From positions 509,200-573,199 of the forward strand of contig CBDIAZ010000003.1 of NCBI GenBank assembly GCA_965276585.1: a stretch of 64,000 bases of DNA. The letters run 5' to 3'. The notes under the pieces are model-generated. The model was not told the origin of the DNA, did not search any database, and was given only the letters and a program-made list of their open reading frames with translations. This document shows, piece by piece, positions 55,224 through 64,000 of the stretch. Source of the stretch: Acidobacteriaceae bacterium. GTDB taxonomy: Bacteria; Acidobacteriota; Terriglobia; Terriglobales; Acidobacteriaceae. Numbering within the stretch: the first letter of the stretch is position 1; each line of letters begins with the position of its first letter. The position numbers and the translations under genes are program-made.

Positions 55224-55268
55224 GTCATTCCGAGGCGAAGCGCAGCGTAGTCGAAGAACCTGCTTTCC
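55224..55268 (+). repeat. Interspersed repeat family 1 (long subtype)
   Basis: GTCATTCCGAGGCGAAGCGCAGCGTAGTCGAAGAACCTGCTTTCC. Confidence 0.75.
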
Positions 55269-55381
55269 TTCAGCTTGCAGTGGAACCACTGCTGACGTTT
55301 ACTGCGACGAACTTTTGACTCAGGACACTAAAGCATTTCTTCAGCCATGGCCACGGTTGCCGACCCTGCCCCCGATACCCT

Positions 55382-57223
<1,842 letters not shown>

Positions 57224-57247
57224 GCCGAAGAGGTCACGAAGAACTGG

Positions 57248-57688
57248 ATGACAACGCGAACATCGGACGAAAAGCAAAACGAATTTCCCATCCGCGTGCT
57301 GGTCGCTAAGCCGGGACTCGACGGCCATGACCGTGGCGCCAAGGTAATTGCGCGCGCCCTGCGCGATGCCGGCATGGAGGTCATCTACACCGGCCTTCGC
57401 CAGACACCGGAAATGATCGTGAACGCGTCGATTCAGGAAGACGTGCAATGTATCGGGCTCAGCATCCTCTCTGGCGCCCACAATGCGATCGTGCCGCGAT
57501 TGATGGCGCTCTTGAAAGAACGCGGAGCGGATGACATTCTGGTCGTGCTCGGCGGGACAATTCCTGCGCAGGATATTGAATTTCTAAAGCAGCAGGGCGT
57601 GGCAGCCATCTTCGGCCCCGGTACGGCGCTCGAAACCACCGTGGACTTTATCCGCAAAAATGTGAAGCCTCGCAGCGTGGTCGCATAA
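57248..57688 (+). CDS. Acyl-CoA mutase small subunit (cobalamin-binding domain)
   Basis: 146 aa. B12-binding DxHxxG motif ([10 protein letters not shown]) and the downstream SxL...GG pattern ([16 protein letters not shown]). Confidence 0.9.
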   Translation: MTTRTSDEKQNEFPIRVLVAKPGLDGHDRGAKVIARALRDAGMEVIYTGLRQTPEMIVNASIQEDVQCIGLSILSGAHNAIVPRLMALLKERGADDILVVLGGTIPAQDIEFLKQQGVAAIFGPGTALETTVDFIRKNVKPRSVVA

Positions 57689-57700
57689 GCCAGGCGGAGT

Positions 57701-57727
57701 TTATCCTGAGCGAAGTCGAAGGACAAA
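57701..57727 (+). repeat. Interspersed repeat family 1 (short, partial)
   Basis: TTATCCTGAGCGAAGTCGAAGGACAAA between the convergent mutase small subunit and thioesterase genes. Confidence 0.55.
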
Positions 57728-58195
57728 TCACCCTCGCTCCATAAAGCCAGCCAAAGCCGTAAGGTATTTTTCCGGCAGCGAGCGCTTCTCCATCGCGCCG
57801 TTGGTGATGACGTGCGTCGTCTCCCCTTCGGCCAGCAACTGTCGGTCTGCCACGCGTTCGATGCGATAGCGAAATTTCAGGACCGAGCTGCGCATGGCAG
57901 CAATCCCGGTCTGAATCAGCAGTTCGTCGTCATAGCGAGCCGGGGATTTATACCGGCAGTTTGCTTCGACCACAGGAATCCAGCAGTCGTCTTCGACTTC
58001 CATGCGCTTGTAATCGAAGCCCAGCTGGCGCAGCAACTCGACCCGCCCCAGTTCAAACCAGATCAGGTAATTCGCGTAGTAGACCACGCCCATCTGGTCG
58101 GTTTCCGCGTAGCGTACCCGAACCCGGGTTTGGCTGATTGACCGACTCTTCTCCCCATCGGCCGTCGCCAAGCCATCGGAATGTTGCTCAGCCAT
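57728..58195 (-). CDS. Acyl-CoA thioesterase, YbgC/4HBT hot-dog family
   Basis: Motif VRVRYAETDQMGVVYYANYL (catalytic Asp context). Start chosen at ATG 58195 (8-nt overlap with the hydratase stop). ATG 58207 and the track start at 58252 are alternatives. Confidence 0.8.
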   Translation of the reverse strand: MAEQHSDGLATADGEKSRSISQTRVRVRYAETDQMGVVYYANYLIWFELGRVELLRQLGFDYKRMEVEDDCWIPVVEANCRYKSPARYDDELLIQTGIAAMRSSVLKFRYRIERVADRQLLAEGETTHVITNGAMEKRSLPEKYLTALAGFMERG

Positions 58196-59000
58196 TTTTC
58201 TCGTCATGCCTTTTCGTTTTGCCGGAGTGCCAGTTTGGCGTCCGCTTTTCAAGAAATGCGGAAATGCCTTCGTAAAAGTCGGGAGTGCCGCGCGCGGCGG
58301 AATTCGATTCGATTGCTGCTGTCAATTCGCGATCGAGCTGCTCTTTCGCGTGCGCGGAAAGCAGTTTCTTTGTGGCGCGCAACGACTCCGGACTGTTTTG
58401 TAACAGTTGATGTGACAATTGCCTTGCACGGGAAATCAAACTTGAATCGCTGACAACTTCATTCACCAATCCCATCTGCTGGGCCTCTTCCGCGTGCATC
58501 AATCGCGCCGTCAATAGAAGGTCTCGCGCCTTTTTCTCTCCAACCTGCAGCGATAGAAAAGAAGCAACCAGCGCGGGAACAAATCCGATGCGTGCCTCCG
58601 TGTACCCGAACTTCGCCTCCGGCACGGCCAACGTAAAGTCGCAGATGGTCGCGAGGCCCATACCGCCCGCAATCGCATGGCCGTTCACGGCGGCAATGGT
58701 TGGCAGCGGAAGATCGTACAGGCTGCGAAACAGCCGCGCAATGCGGCGCGAATCTTCATGATGTTCCATCTGCGTCTTGCCCGTCAGGGACTTGAGATGT
58801 TCGAGGTCCAGCCCGGCGCAAAAGGCCGCGCCCCTGCCCGTCAAAATCATCACGCCGCTGTTGCGCCCAGCCAGCGCGTCGATCACCCCAATCAGCTCGT
58901 CGATCATCTGCGGGTTAAGCGCGTTGCGGCGCTCCGGACGGTTCAGCGTAACCGTAACCGCCCTGTCCATTTCCGTCACATACAGCGTCTGATACGACAT
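58188..59000 (-). CDS. Enoyl-CoA hydratase/isomerase (crotonase) family protein
   Basis: 270 aa. LNRPERRNAL, oxyanion-hole motif GRGAAFCAGLDL, AAVNGHAIAGG. Confidence 0.9.
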   Translation of the reverse strand: MSYQTLYVTEMDRAVTVTLNRPERRNALNPQMIDELIGVIDALAGRNSGVMILTGRGAAFCAGLDLEHLKSLTGKTQMEHHEDSRRIARLFRSLYDLPLPTIAAVNGHAIAGGMGLATICDFTLAVPEAKFGYTEARIGFVPALVASFLSLQVGEKKARDLLLTARLMHAEEAQQMGLVNEVVSDSSLISRARQLSHQLLQNSPESLRATKKLLSAHAKEQLDRELTAAIESNSAARGTPDFYEGISAFLEKRTPNWHSGKTKRHDEKNG

Positions 59001-59055
59001 AGCGGACTCCTTGCGGAAATCCTATCCTAGCTGGCCAGGCCGGTCCGCGTCATCT

Positions 59056-60930
59056 TTATGTGCCAGGCGGCGGGTTACCCTCGCCTCGTTTCTCCACCGG
59101 GTCGATCAATTCCTCCGTCAGCGGATGCTCCAGTTTCGGCAGCGTGGCTTCGTGGCTCTCCTCATCCAAAAGCCAGCGGCGCAGCTGCAGAATATCGTTG
59201 GCGCGGGCAATTCCAATCGGTTCGCCGATGCCATCGGGTTCTACGACAATGATATTTTCGACATCCTGCAGCATCATGTCGCGGCTGACCCGGTCGATCA
59301 GTTCGCCGGGATAGGCGAGCACGTAATCCTGCCGCGCCAACTCACGCATTTTAAAGTGATGGTCGGTAGGTTCAGGCCGCAACAAATCGTGGGCTTCAAC
59401 AATTCCCACCAGGGAGCCGTCCTTTTCGACTACCGGCATCAATTCCGTTCCTTCGTGCGAAACCTCCCGCAGAATCGTGCGCAGTTCCGCATCGGCAGGG
59501 ATGACCTGGAATTTTTTTCGCATCACCTGATCGATGCGCGACCGCATCAGCACCGGAACGGAATAGTCCTGCAGCACAATAAAGCCGCGCTTCACCAGCT
59601 TGCCGGTCATGATGGAGTCGGTGCTGAACAAGCGGACAAAGCCGTCGGCCACCATCACGCAGACAATCAGTGGCAGCAGCGAATTGGGATTGTGGCTAAG
59701 CTCAAACAGAAATACGATGCTGGTAAAAGGAGCGCGGGCGATACCGGCGAACACTGCCGCCATAGCCACCAACGAGTAAAAGGCGGGGTTGCTGACGAAG
59801 TTTGGGAAAAAGTGATGCCAGAACATGGCGTAAACTGCCCCGATGCCGCCACCCACCACTAAGGATGGAGCAAACACGCCGCCGGTGGTGCCGGAGCCAA
59901 GCGAGATGGTGAGCGCCCAGAACTTCGCCACAGAGATGCCGATGAGATGGCCTGGAGTCAGACGATCGTTCAACATCGCGCGGATGGTGTCATAGCCGGT
60001 GCCGAAGACCTGTGGATAGAAATATCCAATGACGCCCAGAGCCAGCGCGCCGATCACAGGCGACCAGATCAGCGTCCGCTTGATCGGCAGATTGTCAAAA
60101 AATTCTTCCAGCCAGAAGAGCACGCGGATCATGGCAATGCCGACCATGCCCATAAGAATACCCATCAGCGCGAACAGCCACAGCTCGTTCATGTTGTGCA
60201 GCTTGAAAGCAGGCGTGGCGAACAGCGGTGCCCAGCCGACAAAGTAAATGCGAACTCCCGTCGCTGCTGCCGCCGCAAAAGACACCGGAATGAACGAGCG
60301 GGCACGAAACTCAAACAACAAAAGTTCGACAGCAACCAGGATGCCGGCGAGGGGCGCGGTAAACGTCGCCGCCATACCCGCCGCCGCACCCGCCGCCAGC
60401 AGCACGCGCCGGTAATAGGGAGTCAGCCCAACCGCCTGGCCGAACAGCGATCCAATCGCGGCGCCCGTCTGGATGATCGGGCCTTCCGCGCCGAATGGTC
60501 CGCCGGTGCCGATGGCAAAGGCCGTGGCCAGCGGCTTTAATATCGCCACCCGCAGCCGCATCCGGCTGTGGCCGAACAGCACCGCCTCCATCGCCTCAGG
60601 GATGCCGTGGCCCTTCAGCGTCGGCTCCCAGTAATACACCATGATGCCAACCAGCAATCCGCCAATGGGTGGAATCAGAATGACCCAAGCACCCAGGTGA
60701 TTATTCGCGGGATTGGTGATGGCGAAAGAAAATTTGCCGAAGAAAAAGATGTTCGTGAAAAAGTAAATCAGCTCCAGCAAACCCTGCGCGACCAGCCCGC
60801 CGATAAATCCGATGAAAAGAGCGAAGGCGCAGATCTTCAGCACCTCCGGCTCGAGCGCAATGCCGAACTGGCCCTTCTTGGGGAGCTTCGCGGCGGCGGA
60901 AGTGGTATCGAAGTGCGGCGAATCGCCCAT
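59056..60930 (-). CDS. ClC-family chloride channel/antiporter with C-terminal CBS pair
   Basis: 624 aa. Motifs GHGIPE, GAEGP and GGVFAPSL. Two C-terminal CBS-like repeats. Confidence 0.9.
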   Translation of the reverse strand: MGDSPHFDTTSAAAKLPKKGQFGIALEPEVLKICAFALFIGFIGGLVAQGLLELIYFFTNIFFFGKFSFAITNPANNHLGAWVILIPPIGGLLVGIMVYYWEPTLKGHGIPEAMEAVLFGHSRMRLRVAILKPLATAFAIGTGGPFGAEGPIIQTGAAIGSLFGQAVGLTPYYRRVLLAAGAAAGMAATFTAPLAGILVAVELLLFEFRARSFIPVSFAAAAATGVRIYFVGWAPLFATPAFKLHNMNELWLFALMGILMGMVGIAMIRVLFWLEEFFDNLPIKRTLIWSPVIGALALGVIGYFYPQVFGTGYDTIRAMLNDRLTPGHLIGISVAKFWALTISLGSGTTGGVFAPSLVVGGGIGAVYAMFWHHFFPNFVSNPAFYSLVAMAAVFAGIARAPFTSIVFLFELSHNPNSLLPLIVCVMVADGFVRLFSTDSIMTGKLVKRGFIVLQDYSVPVLMRSRIDQVMRKKFQVIPADAELRTILREVSHEGTELMPVVEKDGSLVGIVEAHDLLRPEPTDHHFKMRELARQDYVLAYPGELIDRVSRDMMLQDVENIIVVEPDGIGEPIGIARANDILQLRRWLLDEESHEATLPKLEHPLTEELIDPVEKRGEGNPPPGT

Positions 60931-61007
60931 CGAATCTCCTTCATCCCTGCCCGTATTGAATGTACGGATTCCGGGAAGTTACATTGACTGGAAAGGCGGA
61001 CCCGGCG

Positions 61008-62843
61008 CTATTTGTGAGCCGAACCACCCACCGGCACGGCTTCGATCCCGTCCGCCTTCACCCGCAACGCTTGCGGCGTCGCGCCGCGAGATTTCAGCGC
61101 CGTCAGGATATCCGTCTTGGTTAGGATGCCTGCCAGTTCTCCACTCTCGTCCGTCACCAGCAGCATGTGCTGCCCCCGCTCGCTCAGCAGCAGCCGCAAG
61201 GCCTCCATTACATCGCAATTTGAATAAACTTTTTTCGCCCTGCGGTCCATTAGATCCGTAACCGGCCGAGTCGCCCACTCCTCCGGATGAACCAGCCCCA
61301 GCGCCGAAACTGCGATCACTCCTAGAATTTCTTTCCCATCGTCCGCAAGTACTGGAAATGCAACGTGCCGGTGATGCACGCAGACGTTGTCCGCAAACTC
61401 CCTCACCGTGGAGGAAGCAAGCACGGAAACGACCTGCGGCTGCATCACCTCCGCAACGGAAATGTTGCGTAGCTCTTCGACACGGACGCCTTCATGCTGA
61501 CGTTGATCGCCGGAGGCCGACGCCTCGCCGGAAATCGCATACGCCACCGCAGCGCCAATCAATGAGGGAACGATAAACGCGTGCCCGCCGGTCGCCTCCG
61601 CCACAAAGACAACTGCGGCCAGCGGTGTTTTGTATCCGGCGGCAATGAACGATGCCATGCCGACCGCGGCGTACAGTTCCACCGAGTTGGCATGGATGAT
61701 CTGTGCGAACGCTGTGCCGAAGCTGCCGCCGGTCAGGAACAGCGGCACGAACATCGCGCTGACTCCCCCGCTCGCAAGAGTGAACAATGTGGCGGCCAGT
61801 TTGAAAAATCCAAAAACAATCAGTTCCGCCGAACTGTGATGATGGCTGAGAATTTCTCCCACCGCTTCATAGTTCGGACCCAGCGGAACCAGCCCGCCGT
61901 GATAGATCAACAGAAACACCAGGCCGCAAATTCCCGTCAGAAACCCGCCCAGCGTGAGCTTCATCCAATGCGGAATCGCCCATTTCACCATGAAGACCCG
62001 AGCGCGGCGAAACGTGATGGTGAATGCCATCGCAGCCAGACCGATCAGCACCCCGAGAAACGCGCACCAGAGCAGATCGCGTCCGGTAAAGGATGTGGCG
62101 CTGGCGAAATTGAATAGCGGCGTCGCGCCCAGAAAGAATGCCAGCGTGACATACGATACCACCGATGCGATCAGCGACGGCAGCAGCGCCTCGTGCGCTA
62201 GATCGTCTTTGTAAGGCATTTCCAGCGCGAACACCAGGCCGGTCATCGGTGCGCGGAAGACCGCTGCCATGCCTGCCGCCGCTCCGCTGATCAGCATAAT
62301 GCGCCGGTCGCGCGGCTCCAGTCGAAAGCGCCGCAGCTTCGCCCACAGCCAGGAACCGATCGCGCCGCCGCCATAAATACTTGGACCCTCCAGCGCCGCG
62401 CTGCCGCCAAATCCTACCGTGGTAATGGCAGCAAGAATTTTCGGAAAAAAAGAACGAATGTCAATGTCGCCCTGATGCTCGTGGTAAGAACGGATGATCT
62501 CTTCCGTAGAATGTTCATCCGGGTCGGGCGTCAGGAATTGCATGATCAGCCCGGTCACCGCAAACGCAACGGTGATCACCGGAACGATCGCCCAGATGTG
62601 CCCCAGAAAATAATTCAGCAGCGGCGGCCACAGTTTTTTCAGAATGATGATTGCGATTGCGGTAACGGCAAGGCCGGTCGTCAGGCCGATGATGGGCGCG
62701 ATCAGCAGCCACTTGAAAAGATCCCGCGCATAGGTCGCGGCCAAATCCTCATGAACCAGAGGAAAATATTTGCTCAGCAGGGGATGTTCCACCACCCGGT
62801 TGCGCAGCTTTGTTCGCGGTCTTACCCCAGTTGTCTCGGCCAT
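61008..62843 (-). CDS. ClC-family anion channel homologue with an atypical selectivity filter, plus CBS pair
   Basis: 611 aa. ClC topology with ALEGP (gating-Glu motif) and AMFVP. The GSGIPE position reads EHSTEE. C-terminal CBS pair. Confidence 0.85.
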   Translation of the reverse strand: MAETTGVRPRTKLRNRVVEHPLLSKYFPLVHEDLAATYARDLFKWLLIAPIIGLTTGLAVTAIAIIILKKLWPPLLNYFLGHIWAIVPVITVAFAVTGLIMQFLTPDPDEHSTEEIIRSYHEHQGDIDIRSFFPKILAAITTVGFGGSAALEGPSIYGGGAIGSWLWAKLRRFRLEPRDRRIMLISGAAAGMAAVFRAPMTGLVFALEMPYKDDLAHEALLPSLIASVVSYVTLAFFLGATPLFNFASATSFTGRDLLWCAFLGVLIGLAAMAFTITFRRARVFMVKWAIPHWMKLTLGGFLTGICGLVFLLIYHGGLVPLGPNYEAVGEILSHHHSSAELIVFGFFKLAATLFTLASGGVSAMFVPLFLTGGSFGTAFAQIIHANSVELYAAVGMASFIAAGYKTPLAAVVFVAEATGGHAFIVPSLIGAAVAYAISGEASASGDQRQHEGVRVEELRNISVAEVMQPQVVSVLASSTVREFADNVCVHHRHVAFPVLADDGKEILGVIAVSALGLVHPEEWATRPVTDLMDRRAKKVYSNCDVMEALRLLLSERGQHMLLVTDESGELAGILTKTDILTALKSRGATPQALRVKADGIEAVPVGGSAHK

Positions 62844-62890
62844 CGAAGGTCTTTCTTTGCTTTCTTGCGGCTGCTGAGCCAGCGCCGCCT

Positions 62891-63319
62891 TTATTCGTTT
62901 TCTAAAACTCTTTGCAGTGCCTGGATCAGGTGCGGCGCCTGGGAATGGAGCTCATTCAGATGTACATGCGATAGCCGGTCCAATACTTTCTGCCCGCGCG
63001 CAGTGATTCGTAAACAGACTCGCCGGCCATCGGCTGGATCGGTGGTTCGCTGCAGCAGCGCTTCTTTTTCGCAGCGGTCCACCAGCTCAACGGCGCTGTT
63101 GTGCTTCAACCCCAGCAGCTCTGCCGCGTATGCAATCGAGGGCGAAATATCCGGCGCCGCTCCGGCAACCGTCAACAGCAATTGATGCTGCTGCGGATGC
63201 AGTCCAGCCTCATGGGCCGCAATTTCGCTGGCGAGGAGAAACTTCCGCAGCTGATGGCGAAACTCCGCTAAAGCACGATGCAGGCGCTGATTCGACTCTT
63301 GTGCCGGAGGGGGTTTCAT
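62891..63319 (-). CDS. MarR family transcriptional regulator
   Basis: 142 aa from ATG 63319. Winged-helix pattern (LHPQQHQLLL..., IAYAAELLGLKHNSAVELVDRCEKEALLQRTTDPADGRRVCLRITARG). Confidence 0.85.
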   Translation of the reverse strand: MKPPPAQESNQRLHRALAEFRHQLRKFLLASEIAAHEAGLHPQQHQLLLTVAGAAPDISPSIAYAAELLGLKHNSAVELVDRCEKEALLQRTTDPADGRRVCLRITARGQKVLDRLSHVHLNELHSQAPHLIQALQRVLENE

Positions 63320-63332
63320 CGAAATATAATTG

Positions 63333-63347
63333 TATCGTAGAACGATA
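63333..63347. promoter_or_regulatory. Palindromic candidate operator upstream of marR
   Basis: TATCGT-AGA-ACGATA, extendable to TTGTATCG...CGATATAA, in an AT-rich stretch 14-28 nt upstream of the marR ATG. Confidence 0.35.
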
Positions 63348-63363
63348 TAACTCGCTGCCACAT

Positions 63364-64000
63364 TTATTGCACCGTCGGGCCGTACTCATTCGAAATTCGC
63401 CGCGTTCGGCGCAACAGGTCGTCGAGCGGCGCCAGCTCGGGCACCGCTGCATGCGCCCCGCGGAGAGTCTCAATCGCGCGCTCCGTCGCAATGTTGCCGA
63501 CCAGCGCATCCTGCGCAAACGGGCACCCTCCCAGGCCGCCGAGCGCCATATCGAAACGTCGGCAGCCTACGTTGTACGCCGCCAATACCTTCGCTTCTAC
63601 CTCATTGGGCCGCGCGTGCAGGTGCACGCCAAACTCCGCCCTTAATCCCGCGCCCAGCACCGTGGAGACCAGCGCGCCAATCTGCTCCGGGCCAGCCACG
63701 CCGACCGTGTCTGCAAGCGAAATCTGCGTGACGCCCATCTCGGCCAGTAGACCGCAGGCTTCGATCACTTCGTCCAGGCTCCACGCATCGCCATAAGGGT
63801 TGCCGAAAGCCATCGAAATGTAGACAACCAGATCAAGCCCGGCTCGATATCCCAGCTCGGCAATCTCATCCAGCGCATCGAGCGATTCCTCAGGCGTCTG
63901 GTGTTGGTTGCGTGCCAGAAAGCTTGGCGAAATGGAATAAGGAAAGCCGAGCGTGCGTACGGCCTCCGTGGCGATGGCCCGCTCCGCGCCTTGTTCGTTG
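63364..64000 (-). CDS. Hydroxymethylglutaryl-CoA lyase (HMGL-like), 5' end outside the window
   Basis: The reading frame is open to the window edge. Motifs GVHLHARPN (metal His) and GLGGCPFAQDALVGNIATE are typical of HMG-CoA lyase. Confidence 0.8.
   Translation of the reverse strand, partial: NEQGAERAIATEAVRTLGFPYSISPSFLARNQHQTPEESLDALDEIAELGYRAGLDLVVYISMAFGNPYGDAWSLDEVIEACGLLAEMGVTQISLADTVGVAGPEQIGALVSTVLGAGLRAEFGVHLHARPNEVEAKVLAAYNVGCRRFDMALGGLGGCPFAQDALVGNIATERAIETLRGAHAAVPELAPLDDLLRRTRRISNEYGPTVQ

Noticed and set aside
55192-55381. Possible cobalamin riboswitch upstream of the B12-dependent mutase
   Set aside because: I could not find a B12-box-like core or the conserved GGGAA/GCCACTG-type elements. 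The region is largely a family-1 repeat. B12-dependent enzymes are also not the usual targets of B12 riboswitches.

Overview
This is a gene-dense 64-kb window of about 60% GC. I call about 60 CDS. I found no rRNA or tRNA genes, no CRISPR array, and no transposase, integrase or phage genes. It reads as core chromosome of a Gram-negative soil bacterium. The protein sequences suggest Acidobacteriota, but that is inference only and no search was possible.

Content in order:
- coaBC, family-4 UDG, dienelactone hydrolase, priA.
- A conserved minus-strand block: lptC/A-like, lptB, rpoN, hpf, rapZ.
- glyS, glyQ, recO.
- FadL-type porin, ferredoxin, IMPase, an Hfq-like Sm protein, a fused MoaD-MoaE, lon, pheA and small stress proteins.
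- UbiA prenyltransferase and a DHA2 MFS pump.
- An outer-membrane biogenesis block: bamA, surA-like and tamB (translationally coupled), followed by SIMPL and BON genes.
- ThiF/MoeB-like E1, an ECF sigma with a small zinc anti-sigma, and crcB behind a clear fluoride riboswitch.
- aroK, an AI-2E transporter, and a ctaB / ABC-2 exporter / DUF420 cluster.
- ssb, cyaY, a split B12-dependent acyl-CoA mutase with isobutyryl-CoA-mutase-type specificity residues, thioesterase, enoyl-CoA hydratase, two tandem ClC-CBS channels, MarR, and a partial HMG-CoA lyase.

I did not find a convincing self-contained novel defence or mobile system. The observations most worth follow-up are:
- An 809-aa membrane-anchored LptC-(LptA)n fusion.
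- The bamA / surA-like / tamB coupling with no tamA in the window.
- A divergent Hfq-like protein coupled to suhB.
- A MoaX-like MoaD-MoaE fusion.
- A +1 frameshift in a VOC gene.
- aroK with no canonical start codon upstream of its P-loop.
- Three families of small interspersed structured repeats that fill most intergenic regions.
- An AT-rich 21-22-bp tandem repeat.
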